Shown here: positions 54,258 through 64,000 of the stretch, piece after piece | How the letters are laid out: every line of letters starts with the position of its first letter | Position numbering within the stretch: the first letter of the stretch is position 1 | Source: Bdellovibrionales bacterium | GTDB lineage: Bacteria; Bdellovibrionota; Bdellovibrionia; Bdellovibrionales; UBA1609 | DNA: 64,000 nucleotides | Direction of reading: 5' to 3' | NCBI GenBank assembly: GCA_965203225.1 | Contig: CBDBBW010000007.1 | Span: 7,122 to 71,121 of the forward strand | Program-made: the position numbers and the translations under genes | Notes under the pieces: generated by a model | Database searches by the model: none | What the model was told of the DNA's origin: nothing | What the model saw: the letters and a program-made list of their open reading frames with translations, nothing else

Positions 54258-54944
54258 GTGAAAACCATGTTTGAAAATATTGAACAGTCCATATTGCATT
54301 TTCTTACTTCCTTTGCCTATGATCCATTTGCGTTTTATGGAATCATTACTGTTATTATGATCTTAACCACCTTTGGTTTTCCTATTTCAGAAGAAGTGGT
54401 GATTATCTCCGCCGCTTTAGTCACCTACATGGGGATGCATCCTGAGCTGCACCCTCCTCCTCTTTTTGCTGTTGAAAATGGACAAAGCCCTGTGCAGGCT
54501 TCCACCACCGCCGTGGTGTGTTTCCTCTCTGTTTTCCTCAGTGATTTGTTTGTCTATATGATTGGCTTTATTTTCAGAGACAAAATCATCAATCACCCGA
54601 TAATCAAAAAATACATACCTCAGAAAAGAAAGGAAAAAATCAATAACTGGGTGTCCCGATACGGGTGCTTTGTCGCAGGAATGTTCCGCTTCACCCCCGG
54701 ACTGCGATTTATCGGCTATCTCACCTGCGGAGTGATTCGCATCCCTATCCACAAATTTATTTTCATCACTGGAGGGGTGGCTTTATTGGTTGTTCCCTCT
54801 CAGGTATTCATTATTTCCATTTACGGAGAAACCATTATAGCGAATTTGAAGCTGGTTTCCTCCGTGCTACTTATTTTGTGTTTAATCTTTATATTTACCA
54901 TGTTGTCCACTCATATTTATAAATTCACAAAACAAAAAGACTGA
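54258..54944 (+). CDS. DedA/VTT-domain family membrane protein
   Basis: Multi-TM protein with a DedA-like re-entrant region (FRFTPGLR). GTG start, or ATG at 54267. Confidence 0.75.
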   Translation: MKTMFENIEQSILHFLTSFAYDPFAFYGIITVIMILTTFGFPISEEVVIISAALVTYMGMHPELHPPPLFAVENGQSPVQASTTAVVCFLSVFLSDLFVYMIGFIFRDKIINHPIIKKYIPQKRKEKINNWVSRYGCFVAGMFRFTPGLRFIGYLTCGVIRIPIHKFIFITGGVALLVVPSQVFIISIYGETIIANLKLVSSVLLILCLIFIFTMLSTHIYKFTKQKD

Positions 54945-54948
54945 ACTT

Positions 54949-55941
54949 GTGAAACCAAAATATATTTCTTTTACAACCGCTTGCCGCCTTATCCAAAAAG
55001 GGGAAATTGTAGCTGTTCCTACGGAAACTGTATACGGTTTGGCGGGATCCGTATTTAGTGAGTCTGCTTTAAAAAAAATTTTTCACATAAAAAAAAGACC
55101 TTTGTTCAATCCCCTGATTGTTCATTGCGCGGATATTAAACAGATGAACTGTTTTCATAAGGTAAAAAACTCTGTGTTACAGAAAATGATTACTCACTTT
55201 TCCCCGGGGCCCTTGACTTTTATTCTGAACAAAACCAACTCCGTTCATCCTCTTATCACCGGAGGACAAGACAAAGTAGCATTAAGAATCCCCCGGCACC
55301 CTGTAACTTTGCGATTGATAAAAGAGACGACAGCTCTTTGCGCTCCCAGCGCCAATTTGTTCGGCCAACTCAGTCCCACCCGGGCAAACCATGTTTATTC
55401 TGTTTTTGAAGAAACCGTTCCTATACTGGATGGAGGAGAATGCAAAGGAGGAATAGAGTCCACTGTTTTGGAACCAGACTTCGAAAACAAGCAACTTAAA
55501 ATACTCAGACCGGGGCTGGTCTCAAAAGGGGATTTACAAAAATGGCTAAAAAAAGAACGAATGGAAATTTGGGAAGTAATTACCTCCCACTCCTCCGTAA
55601 GTCCCGGACAATCAGAAAAACACTATAGGCCTGCCGTCCCGATGGTGTTAATCGAGGTTTACAAAGCGCCCATTCCAACACAAAAAGAAGTAACAAAACA
55701 TCTTCAACGGCTGTTTCCCGAAAGCCTTTTTAGGAAATTGACATTAAAATCCTCCGCCATACTGAGCGCGCGAATACTGTATCATGAAATAAATATTTTA
55801 TCCCAAAATCCTAACCATGTAATTTATGTAATTAAAAACAACAAGAATAAAGACGGCGCCTGGACAGCGATATGGAATCGCTTAAACAAAGCCTGCTCCA
55901 AAAGAATAAAATGGCCCTTAAATCCCGATCAGGAAACATAA
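54949..55941 (+). CDS. L-threonylcarbamoyladenylate synthase (Sua5/YwlC type)
   Basis: YrdC-domain motifs VPTETVYGLAG, KKRP, SANLFG, plus a Sua5-type C-terminal domain. 330 aa. Confidence 0.85.
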   Translation: MKPKYISFTTACRLIQKGEIVAVPTETVYGLAGSVFSESALKKIFHIKKRPLFNPLIVHCADIKQMNCFHKVKNSVLQKMITHFSPGPLTFILNKTNSVHPLITGGQDKVALRIPRHPVTLRLIKETTALCAPSANLFGQLSPTRANHVYSVFEETVPILDGGECKGGIESTVLEPDFENKQLKILRPGLVSKGDLQKWLKKERMEIWEVITSHSSVSPGQSEKHYRPAVPMVLIEVYKAPIPTQKEVTKHLQRLFPESLFRKLTLKSSAILSARILYHEINILSQNPNHVIYVIKNNKNKDGAWTAIWNRLNKACSKRIKWPLNPDQET

Positions 55942-56078
55942 ACCCCTGACAGAATCACTTTCTCTTTCTTTGCATTGTAATATTATAAAAGATATGTCAA
56001 AAATAACAACACACTCCAAGCTGGAAAGATAAGAAGACGGGAATAAATAAAAACAACCTAACCGGATTTAAAAAAAAA

Positions 56079-56735
56079 TTGAAAAATAAAATTCAACTGT
56101 ACAGCTATTACCGCAGTTCCTGCTCTTGGCGGGTGCGAATCGCACTTTATCTTAAAAGAATCCCTTTTGAATACATTTCCATTCATCTTTTGAAAGGAGA
56201 GCAAAACAACAGCCGGTACAAACAATTAAACCCCGAAGGACAAGTCCCCTGCCTGACACATAACAATCAGGTAATCACGCAATCCATAGCCATATTACAG
56301 TATTTGGAGGAGATATGTCCTCGTCCGGTTTTATTTCCAAAGACAAGTAAAATTCAAATCATCAGCCTTTGTGAAATGATTAACAGCAGTATACAGCCTT
56401 TACAAAACTTAAAAGCAATTCAATATTTAAAAAATCAATGGCAAACAAGACAATTAAAAGGATGGCTGAATTTTTGGATCCGGGAAGGTCTTCTTTCAGT
56501 GGAAAAAAAAACACAGGAAAACAAACAAAGCCCTTTTGCCGTGGGGCGAAGTTTGACGGCGGCAGAGCTTTTTATTATTCCACAGATTTATAACGCCAGA
56601 AGATTCCATGTCAACTTAAAACAATTTCCAAGGCTTTTGGAAATAGAGGCTTTATGTAAAAATCTGCCGGCCTTTAAAAAAGCTCACCCAGACGCGCAAC
56701 CTGATAAACCATTCAATTCAACACAAACACAATAA
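56079..56735 (+). CDS. maiA: Maleylacetoacetate isomerase (zeta-class GST)
   Basis: Zeta-class signature SSCSWRVRIAL and NPEGQVPCL. Confidence 0.85.
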   Translation: MKNKIQLYSYYRSSCSWRVRIALYLKRIPFEYISIHLLKGEQNNSRYKQLNPEGQVPCLTHNNQVITQSIAILQYLEEICPRPVLFPKTSKIQIISLCEMINSSIQPLQNLKAIQYLKNQWQTRQLKGWLNFWIREGLLSVEKKTQENKQSPFAVGRSLTAAELFIIPQIYNARRFHVNLKQFPRLLEIEALCKNLPAFKKAHPDAQPDKPFNSTQTQ

Positions 56736-58024
56736 TGCATCCTTCCTCCCTCTTATTAAATAGAAAATTCTGGCCCTTGTGTTTCACCCAGTTTTTTGGC
56801 GCTTTTAATGACAACTTTTTCAAAAACACATTGATTATTTTAATCACTTTTCAATCCTTAAGCTTAAGTGGACAGAGTCCGGAAAAACTAATTGCTTTGT
56901 GCGGCGGGATTTTTATTTTTCCTTTTTTCCTGTTTTCCGCTCTGGCTGGACATATTGCGGATAAATACGAAAAATCCCAGGTTATAATTTACATAAAAAT
57001 ATTGGAAGTTTTTATAATGCTCTTGGCAGTCCTGGGATTTGCAATAAACAATCTCATCGTGTTATTGCTGGCTTTGTTTCTCATGGGTTTCCAGTCCGCT
57101 TTGTTCAGTCCTTTGAAGTACAGTTATATGCCCCAACAAGTACAAATAAACAGGCTGGTGGAAGCCAACGCTTTACTTCAATCTTTTACCTTTTTGGCTA
57201 TTTTACTTGGCACGGTATCCGGAGGTCTTATCTCAACTATTCCCGGCCGGGGGATTTTGTACGCCAGTTTCGGAGTGATCTCCCTATCTGTCATTGGACT
57301 GCTGTTCAGCCTTTTAATTCCGAAAACCCCTCCTGCGGCGCCTTCTTTGCCCCTTTTTTATAACCCGTTTGTCTCCACTTGGAATTTAATCCGTTATGTC
57401 CTGCCAAAGAAGAACATTCGATGGACTATTTTGAGCCTCACCTGGTTTTGGGTTTATGGAACGATCCTCCTTTCTTTACTACCCGGATATGGAAAAAAAA
57501 TACTGGGCGGCAATGAACAGGTGGTGACTTTACTACTGACCTTACTCGCCGTCGGCATTGGAATAGGTTGCACAATTTGTAAAAAACTCTCCCGCAACAA
57601 ATTAAAAATCGAGCTGGCAAGAGCAGGAGCCTTGGGGATGACTGTGTTCTTATTTGATTTGTTTTTTTATTCTTTATCCATACCTCCCCACACAGAAGCT
57701 GTTTCTTTTATGCAATTTATCAAAAACCCACAAAATTTTAGAGTGATATTTGACCTCAGCTTGATCGCCTTCTCTGGAGGATTGTTCTTCGTGCCTTTAA
57801 TGACCTTTTTACAACAAATTTCCCCCAAAGAACGGCTGTCCCGAATCATCTCCACCGGGAACATTGTAGATGCTTTCTTTGTGGTGTTGGCTACGACTGT
57901 TCTGATTATCCTCTTTAGTCTGGGCTTAAACGAACTTGAAATTTTTCTCTTTTTGGCTTTACTTAATTTAATAGTAGCCGGTCTCATTTATAAATTTTCA
58001 AAAATGATCCAAAAGGACGAATAA
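56735..58024 (+). CDS. MFS transporter, lysophospholipid transporter (LplT)-like
   Basis: 12-TM MFS. N-terminal FTQFFGAFNDNFFKN is typical of LplT. TAATG overlap with maiA. Confidence 0.75.
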   Translation: MHPSSLLLNRKFWPLCFTQFFGAFNDNFFKNTLIILITFQSLSLSGQSPEKLIALCGGIFIFPFFLFSALAGHIADKYEKSQVIIYIKILEVFIMLLAVLGFAINNLIVLLLALFLMGFQSALFSPLKYSYMPQQVQINRLVEANALLQSFTFLAILLGTVSGGLISTIPGRGILYASFGVISLSVIGLLFSLLIPKTPPAAPSLPLFYNPFVSTWNLIRYVLPKKNIRWTILSLTWFWVYGTILLSLLPGYGKKILGGNEQVVTLLLTLLAVGIGIGCTICKKLSRNKLKIELARAGALGMTVFLFDLFFYSLSIPPHTEAVSFMQFIKNPQNFRVIFDLSLIAFSGGLFFVPLMTFLQQISPKERLSRIISTGNIVDAFFVVLATTVLIILFSLGLNELEIFLFLALLNLIVAGLIYKFSKMIQKDE

Positions 58025-58080
58025 CAAAAAAATTTCAGGAGATTTTTGTCTTCCTTGTCCTGAACCACAATGGAAAAATA

Positions 58081-58989
58081 TTACCGGATAACGGAGTAAA
58101 TCCAAAGATCACAAACCGGCGCCCAAAGAAAAAGCAAAACACTAAAATTCAACCACATAAAAAAAGGCTTCCATTTTAGTCTCTTTGAAAATTTTATAAA
58201 TTCCAAAAATACTTTCACACAAAAAGGCACAAGCAAAAAAACATAAACAACATTCATTTTAAAAAACAAAGGGGAAATTAAAGCCAGCCCAAGATAAGAC
58301 AACAAATAAAACCCCATATAATAAATAGTTTTATCCAAACCCAAACGAAGAGGAGGAACAGGGATACCGGCGCTTTGATAATCTTTTTTGTAGTGCAAAG
58401 CTAAAGACCAAAAATGAGGCATTTGCCATAAAAAAAGGAGAAAAAACAAATAAAGACACTCTATTGAAAAAATGGAAGAGGAGGGGACGGAATAACCTAT
58501 CATCACCGGCAAAGCTCCGGGAAGAGCGCCTGGAACTGCCGCAAAAACCCACTTTCTTTTCCAAAAAACAGTATAAAAAAAATTATAAAGCAAGACTGCC
58601 AATAAAGCGAGACCGGCTGTTAAAGGCTTTAGCGCCAACAATATAAATAAACCCATAATCATTTGAGTGATTCCCAGAGAAAAAACCTGAAAAGCAGTGA
58701 GTTTTCCACAAGGTATCGGACGGTTTTTTGTGCGTTCCATTAAAAAATCCAACCGCCATTCATAAGCCTGATTGAGAGCAAAACTGCCGCTCACCACCAA
58801 ATACAAACCGGCCAAGAGCCAAAGCAAAGGAAAATCAAGAGAAGCAAAAGAATTCTTTTCGCTGTTATTTAAAAGGACAGCCAGAGCGTAGCCCGCACCC
58901 GCACTCAGAAGAGCAAACAGCCCGATTCCCGCTTTGGTCAGTTGAAAGTACTCCTTCAACAAGGATCGAATGAAATTTTGCAAATGCAT
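58081..58989 (-). CDS. ctaB: Protoheme IX farnesyltransferase (heme O synthase)
   Basis: UbiA-family polytopic protein. Has a NQAYEWRLDFLMERTKNRP motif region and is adjacent to the cox genes. Confidence 0.9.
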   Translation of the reverse strand: MHLQNFIRSLLKEYFQLTKAGIGLFALLSAGAGYALAVLLNNSEKNSFASLDFPLLWLLAGLYLVVSGSFALNQAYEWRLDFLMERTKNRPIPCGKLTAFQVFSLGITQMIMGLFILLALKPLTAGLALLAVLLYNFFYTVFWKRKWVFAAVPGALPGALPVMIGYSVPSSSIFSIECLYLFFLLFLWQMPHFWSLALHYKKDYQSAGIPVPPLRLGLDKTIYYMGFYLLSYLGLALISPLFFKMNVVYVFLLVPFCVKVFLEFIKFSKRLKWKPFFMWLNFSVLLFLWAPVCDLWIYSVIR

Positions 58990-59081
58990 TTCCCCTTAAG
59001 TTTTGAGCAAGTGAGGCTTCCAGATTCAAATTTTTTCAGAATCTCAGCTTTTTGGTTTTTTGTAAAACGCCTTTTCCTCAT
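58990..59081 (-). pseudogene. Short transposase-like HTH N-terminal remnant
   Basis: MRKRRFTKNQKAEILKKFESGSLT... resembles the N-termini of IS3-type OrfA proteins. The 41-codon reading frame continues to its stop about 30 nt past the listed left coordinate, inside the 5' end of ctaB. Confidence 0.3.
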
Positions 59082-59355
59082 ATTTCCCATATCCAAGCTC
59101 GCCGGCTAAAAGTATGTAGGAAATTTGGGTCACAGACTAGCAGATCCTACAGAAGCTGATCTATCAATATAGGCCAAGAATAATGAGAATATCTCAAAAG
59201 ACCATGTTTTTTATAAAAAAATCCAGTTTCTTTTAAAAAATCGCCAAAAAATTCTTATATGATATACAAAAGTTGGATAATTAAAATTCTTGAAAATAAA
59301 AATACCGCTTTATTTGGCGGCAGAGGACACAGTAAAACAGCCCTTTTAAAGCGAC

Positions 59356-59430
59356 TCATTCCCCGGCTCGGGCCTGACCAGCCTCCTTTTTGAACTCCTC
59401 TAAGTAGTGTTTTCCGGTGGTGTTTTGCAT
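59356..59430 (-). pseudogene. IS3-family OrfA-like N-terminal remnant
   Basis: MQNTTGKHYLEEFKKEAGQARAGE* carries the (S/T)xEFKxEA signature of IS3 OrfA HTH proteins, then terminates. Confidence 0.35.
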
Positions 59431-59727
59431 TGTCTTTCGTCCCCTTGTATTATCAACTTTTAACACATAGCTCCAAGCCCTACAACTGTTCCTATTCGAG
59501 GGACATATCACTTGCTTTCCGACTGAGCATCTCCTCAGAAAGTTGAAAGCCCTCAAATATTTAAAGGCTGAAGCGGACAGAGGAGTTAACCAGAAATAAA
59601 AAGTCACTTATGAGCTATGGCTTAAGTGGTATTTCGATTTATCTCAAATATATCTACTGATTCTGACCAAAGAGTTTGAAAACTTAACATTTTTCACAGG
59701 AAGAAACACTAAGGAACACACACACTT

Positions 59728-60030
59728 TTACAAAACGGAAGATTCGGGAATACGGGTGAGAATATCCAATTCACAAAATAAAAATATGACTATCAAACAA
59801 AACACTCCGGTTAAAAAAATCACCGGAAACAATTTATTATCGTATTTCAAGTGCATAAAAAAAAGCAATACCAATACGGCCTTGATGGTGGCAATCCCCA
59901 TCGCTATCAGCACATTAAAAATACCGAAATCCATCTGCGCCACTGCCACAGTGAGCACTGTTAAAACCAGCAAAGCGGACAGCACTCTAATATAAATATA
60001 AAAAGGAACAATATGATGGTTTGCTGACAT
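59728..60030 (-). CDS. Cytochrome oxidase subunit IV (CyoD/CtaF-like small 3-TM subunit)
   Basis: 100 aa, three TM helices, positioned after subunit III. Confidence 0.7.
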   Translation of the reverse strand: MSANHHIVPFYIYIRVLSALLVLTVLTVAVAQMDFGIFNVLIAMGIATIKAVLVLLFFMHLKYDNKLFPVIFLTGVFCLIVIFLFCELDILTRIPESSVL

Positions 60031-60150
60031 CGGGTTTATTTCCTTTCCAAGCTCAAAATTTTTTACTTTTTATCCTGTACTGTTTTCTTTTTGTTGTTTT
60101 TTGCGTTTTTACAACCAGCCTGGGTTTTTTTCAAAATTCAGCAAAAAAAA

Positions 60151-60807
60151 TCACTCCACCAAGTATAATAAAGGAAACAGATAAATCCAAATCAAATCCA
60201 CTAAGTGCCAAAAAAGCCCCACACACTCAAGAGGGATATAATAAGCCGGCCCGAAATGTTTTTTATGGGAACGGACAATCAACCAGAAAATAGCAATCAT
60301 CCCGGCCAGAACATGAGATCCGTGAAGACCTGTCATGCAATAATAAAAAGAAAAGTACAACGGAAGCTGTGTTAAAGTGGTGGTTTCCGTATAAGAAAAA
60401 AAAGATCCCGGAGCCAAACCCAGATGCAATTTATGAGAGTATTCAACATACTTGACCCCCATAAAAATAAAGCCGCAAAGTAAAGTGAGCCATAAGCAGG
60501 AAGTGGACTTGGAGTTTTGGTTTTTTTGCGCGTAATAAATACTTAAGGCCATAGTAAGGGAGCTGATGAGCAGGACCACTGTATTCAAAGCACCCAGTTT
60601 CCAATCCAAAAAAGTGGAGCCTTGAAGAAAAACCTCCGGGTACATTCTCTTGTAAATAACGTAACTGACGAACAGCCCTCCAAACATGAGAATTTCCGTG
60701 CAGAGAAAAAGCCACATTCCCAATTTACAAGCGGACACTTCCTGTTCCGTGCTCTCAAAATGATGGGCCGGATGATGTGTTTTAACTTGTGTGCTCACCG
60801 TACTCAT
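60151..60807 (-). CDS. coxC: Cytochrome c oxidase subunit III
   Basis: Typical subunit III helices with conserved GLHGSHVLAG and FWHLVDLIW motifs. Confidence 0.9.
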   Translation of the reverse strand: MSTVSTQVKTHHPAHHFESTEQEVSACKLGMWLFLCTEILMFGGLFVSYVIYKRMYPEVFLQGSTFLDWKLGALNTVVLLISSLTMALSIYYAQKNQNSKSTSCLWLTLLCGFIFMGVKYVEYSHKLHLGLAPGSFFSYTETTTLTQLPLYFSFYYCMTGLHGSHVLAGMIAIFWLIVRSHKKHFGPAYYIPLECVGLFWHLVDLIWIYLFPLLYLVE

Positions 60808-60939
60808 TGCAAACTCCTCTTATTTTTGCTCTCGGAAACAAAAAACCTCCAGAGGTTTTCAGTCCCGCCAAACCACCTTCTACAAACAAACCCGTATAAA
60901 GGAAAAACCCCCGTCGCAAACAAACACAAGCAGGTTACT

Positions 60940-62514
60940 TTAACTGTATTCATAAGGCTTTTTTGTCACTATCGGCGCGGTGTGAAAGTTTTCATGAGGA
61001 GGAGGGGAGTCTGTTTGCCATTCCAAGGTAGTGGCGCCCCAGGGGTTGGGGCCGGCTTTCTTTCCTTTTAAAAGAGCGTGAAGAACCACAAAAAACACTA
61101 TTACAAATCCGGCACCTATCATCCAGGAGCCTACAGTGGAAAGTTGATTTAAAGGCTGATAAACGGGAGTGTAATCATGGTAACGGCGAGGCATTCCCAT
61201 AAAACCTAAAATAAATTGCGGAAAAAAAGTGACATTAAAACCTACAAAGACAAGAACAAAACTGATCCGCGCCCAAAACTCATCGTACATACGGCCAAAC
61301 ATTTTCGGAAGCCAGTAAAAAAGCCCGCCCGTGATGGCCATAAGGGTTCCCCCCACCATCACATAATGGAAATGCGCCACTACAAAATAAGTATCATGAA
61401 CATGAACATCAAAAGCCAAAGTGGCCAGCATAATACCCGTCACCCCTCCAATGACAAATAAAAATAAAAATCCGTTGGCGTAAAGCATGGGAGTGTCAAA
61501 CTTAATGGAGCCTTTGTACATGGTGGCTACCCAGTTAAAGACCTTAATAGCCGTGGGCACCCCCACCAACATGGTCAGAAAAGAAAATAAAATTCCCAGC
61601 CATTCAGATTGACCGCTGACAAACATATGATGACCCCAAACAAAAAAGCTAACCGCCGCAATTCCCACACTGGAAAATGCGATCGCTTTATAACCAAATA
61701 TGGTTTTACGGGAAAAAGTGGTAATTAGCTCACTGATGATTCCCATCGCCGGCAGAATCATAATATAAACCGCCGGATGAGAATAAAACCAAAAGAAGTG
61801 CTGAAACAACACAGGATCCCCCCCCAACTTGGGATCAAAAATTCCTATACCTATAATTCTTTCGGCGGAAAGCAAAAGCAAAGTGATAGCCAGAATAGGG
61901 GTGGCCAGCACCTGTATAATGGCGGTGGAGTAAAGCGACCAGACAAAAAGAGGCATACGAAAAAATCCCATACCTTTGGCTCTGAGCTTATGAACCGTCA
62001 CAATAAAATTCAGCCCTGTCAGGATAGAGGAAAAACCCATAATAAAAGCACCCAACACCACCCAGACCGTTCCATTGTCTGTTCGGACACTATAAGGGGT
62101 ATAGAAGGTCCAGCCGGTATCCACTCCGTTAAAAAACAAAGAACACAGGGCGACCGCCGCACCCACAATCAAACAATACCAGGAAAGCAGGTTTATCCTT
62201 GGAAAAGCCACATCCTTGGCTCCAATCTGCAAAGGCAAAAAAAAGTTTCCCAAAAAAGCTGGAATTCCGGGGATAATCACCATAAACACCATAATGGCTC
62301 CATGAAAAGTCATAAACTGATTGTAAACACCGGCCGGAATAAGAGTTTCACCCGACTTAAACAGTTCAAGACGCATCAACAGGGCGAATACCCCTCCCAC
62401 CAAGAAAAAGGTAAAGACCGTAATCATATAGAGAATGCCGATTCTCTTATGATCCAAAGTGAAAAGCCATGAAGCCAGGCCCTTTTTTTCGTTTAAATAA
62501 TTTTTTGCGGACAT
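60940..62514 (-). CDS. coxA: Cytochrome c oxidase subunit I
   Basis: Heme-copper oxidase signatures [30 protein letters not shown]. Confidence 0.95.
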   Translation of the reverse strand: MSAKNYLNEKKGLASWLFTLDHKRIGILYMITVFTFFLVGGVFALLMRLELFKSGETLIPAGVYNQFMTFHGAIMVFMVIIPGIPAFLGNFFLPLQIGAKDVAFPRINLLSWYCLIVGAAVALCSLFFNGVDTGWTFYTPYSVRTDNGTVWVVLGAFIMGFSSILTGLNFIVTVHKLRAKGMGFFRMPLFVWSLYSTAIIQVLATPILAITLLLLSAERIIGIGIFDPKLGGDPVLFQHFFWFYSHPAVYIMILPAMGIISELITTFSRKTIFGYKAIAFSSVGIAAVSFFVWGHHMFVSGQSEWLGILFSFLTMLVGVPTAIKVFNWVATMYKGSIKFDTPMLYANGFLFLFVIGGVTGIMLATLAFDVHVHDTYFVVAHFHYVMVGGTLMAITGGLFYWLPKMFGRMYDEFWARISFVLVFVGFNVTFFPQFILGFMGMPRRYHDYTPVYQPLNQLSTVGSWMIGAGFVIVFFVVLHALLKGKKAGPNPWGATTLEWQTDSPPPHENFHTAPIVTKKPYEYS

Positions 62515-62565
62515 AATATTTCCTTACTTTATATCTTTATGACACTTTTTTCCCAAAGGGAAAAA

Positions 62566-63546
62566 CTATTTTATTATCGTCTCTTCTCCGTTTTGAGCCT
62601 CCTTTAAAGACTTAATATATTCAATCAAACCTGTCATTTCCTCCTCTGTTAAAAGACCGGCAAAAGGAGTCATTTGATTTGGATATCCTTTCACAACCCG
62701 AACGGAGGGGTTTAAAATGGACTCCCTAATATAATTAGCGTCCGCCCGCAGACTTTTTCCATCTTCAAATTCCCGTTGCGCCCCGAAAAGGCCGGCCAAC
62801 CCCGGGCCGATTCTTCTTTCTTTTGTGGCGGTATGGCAGGCCGTACAAGTTTTCTGAAACACTTTTTCCCCTATCTGAGAAAGACTCATTCCTTTATAAG
62901 GATCTGTGGTCAGCCACTTCTCCCATTCCTCAAGACCCATGACATGAACAGTGGCCAACATACTGGAATGCCCCGCTCCACAAAGCTCAGTGCAAAACAC
63001 AGGAAATTTTCCTTTTTTATCAGCCGTAAAAGACAAGGCTGTATAAACACCCGGAAGCACATCCTGTTTAATACGAAAAGAGGGAATAAAGAAACTGTGA
63101 ATAACATCCCGGGAGCTCATCACCAGTTTGACCGGTCTATTCACCGGTACGGTAAGAACACCGGCACTCTTCCTTCCGTTCTTATAAACAAAGTCCCAGT
63201 TCCACATCTGCCCGTAAACATGAATCTCCAACGCGCCTTCAGGATGATCTCTCATTTTATCGTACAACAGCCAGCCCCATCCAAACACAAACATAAAAAT
63301 CAAAAAAGGAATAAAGCTCCACAAAAACTCCAGCAAATAATTATGAGTGATTGCCGGGGTCTTGTCTTTGTCCGATTTTCTGCGAAAAAAAATGGAAAAA
63401 TAAACAAAGCCCCCTATAACCAACAAGGAAGCCACAGCACTTATCTCCACCAAAAAATAAATAAGCTGATCCACCTCTTCAGCCAATTTTGTGGCAGGGA
63501 CCGGCAACCAACGGGCTTCGGCGGAGTGTATCAATAAACCTAACAC
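62566..63546 (-). CDS. coxB: Cytochrome c oxidase subunit II with fused C-terminal cytochrome c domain (caa3 type)
   Basis: CuA site CTELCGAGHSSM and heme-binding CTACH. Confidence 0.9.
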   Translation of the reverse strand: MLGLLIHSAEARWLPVPATKLAEEVDQLIYFLVEISAVASLLVIGGFVYFSIFFRRKSDKDKTPAITHNYLLEFLWSFIPFLIFMFVFGWGWLLYDKMRDHPEGALEIHVYGQMWNWDFVYKNGRKSAGVLTVPVNRPVKLVMSSRDVIHSFFIPSFRIKQDVLPGVYTALSFTADKKGKFPVFCTELCGAGHSSMLATVHVMGLEEWEKWLTTDPYKGMSLSQIGEKVFQKTCTACHTATKERRIGPGLAGLFGAQREFEDGKSLRADANYIRESILNPSVRVVKGYPNQMTPFAGLLTEEEMTGLIEYIKSLKEAQNGEETIIK

Positions 63547-63547
63547 T

Positions 63548-64000
63548 TCAGGACTCTCCTTTTCGGATTTTTTTATTTTCCCTGATCCAAACAGGAAGTA
63601 AAAAACACAATAGCAGGCAAAAGGTGATCACCCCCCCTGCTCTCATAATATTGTAGGCGTACCAGGCGTATCGTCTCCTCCTGGGATCAAACTGAAAACA
63701 AAATAACAACACCCGATCCATAACGGAACCTATTTTCCCCTGACTAGCTTCCACCAAAGACAAGCGCAGAGTCCGCGCCGGAAACATCAGGCCATACAAA
63801 TACCGGGAGATCTTAGCTTGAGGAGTGACAACATAAGCCACCGGCAGATGAGCAAATATTTTTTGACTGTCATCCCACCTGAAGCGAAAACCCGTTTGTT
63901 CACTTAAAGCTTTGATGTTTTTCTTATCACCGGTCAAAAAATGCGTCTTATCAACGGAAAGGGAATATTTTTTAACATAATTTCTTTTTTTTTCCTGAGC
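63548..64000 (-). CDS. SCO1/SenC-family copper chaperone (C-terminal part; gene continues beyond the window)
   Basis: Thioredoxin-like C-terminal region plus a C-terminal TM. Reading frame is open to the window edge. Sits immediately upstream of coxB. Confidence 0.65.
   Translation of the reverse strand, partial: AQEKKRNYVKKYSLSVDKTHFLTGDKKNIKALSEQTGFRFRWDDSQKIFAHLPVAYVVTPQAKISRYLYGLMFPARTLRLSLVEASQGKIGSVMDRVLLFCFQFDPRRRRYAWYAYNIMRAGGVITFCLLLCFLLPVWIRENKKIRKGES

Noticed and set aside
59637-59648. Third partial occurrence of the leader motif (ttatctcaaata) seen at 24839 and 25770
   Set aside because: Only 11 nt match, in AT-rich sequence, and the similarity does not extend. It is likely coincidence.
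60622-63537. Long plus-strand ORFs (149, 231 and 253 aa) inside the cox genes
   Set aside because: They are shadow ORFs antisense to highly conserved coxC, coxA and coxB coding sequence, with basic low-complexity translations. The same applies to 40231-40761 (antisense to the sigma-54 activator), 20259-20729, 4628-5086 and similar ORFs.

Overview
64-kb chromosomal window from an AT-rich, respiring, amino-acid-catabolising bacterium. Spot counts give roughly 40-45% G+C in core genes. The taxon cannot be assigned from sequence alone. A SCO plus four-subunit caa3-type oxidase cluster, a short-type Asd and a sigma-54 activator would fit a Bdellovibrio-like or 'delta'-type lineage, but this is only a guess. 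Core content: a liuB-C-D-E leucine-catabolism cluster; scattered homogentisate-pathway genes (hppD, maiA, an FAH-family gene); lipA plus a 2-oxoacid dehydrogenase E2; asd, truA-rplM-rpsI, ribD, serA, dapF, icd and ung; dppA/BC; a cox/ctaB cluster; tRNA-Pro(CGG); tRNA-Arg(UCU); and an RNase P RNA hidden under a spurious ORF. The main accessory feature is a clearly more AT-rich segment (about 24.6-37.0 kb, roughly 28-33% G+C by spot counts). Within it, about 11.4 kb is bracketed by an exact 17-bp GC-rich direct repeat that looks like the 3' end of a tRNA. This segment carries an intact Type III restriction-modification pair (mod, res). Two unassignable genes are fused to it without intergenic space: a soluble 267-aa protein and a 144-aa four-TM protein coupled through a TAATG overlap. 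This is my best candidate for an undescribed defence or abortive-infection add-on. The rest of the segment holds a 12-repeat Sel1 protein with near-identical 108-bp DNA repeats and several gene relics (NYN-domain, Mrp/ApbC, AlbA_2/HATPase_c_4-type regulator, a possible integrase, a decayed secreted-protein paralog). A second pattern spans the window: at 13 loci, near-identical tandem duplications with 31-195 bp periods copy the 5' or 3' ends of genes into intergenic DNA. These create repeated start codons with uORFs, repeated terminator hairpins, and possibly the split methylcrotonyl-CoA carboxylase alpha subunit. No CRISPR array or intact IS element was seen.
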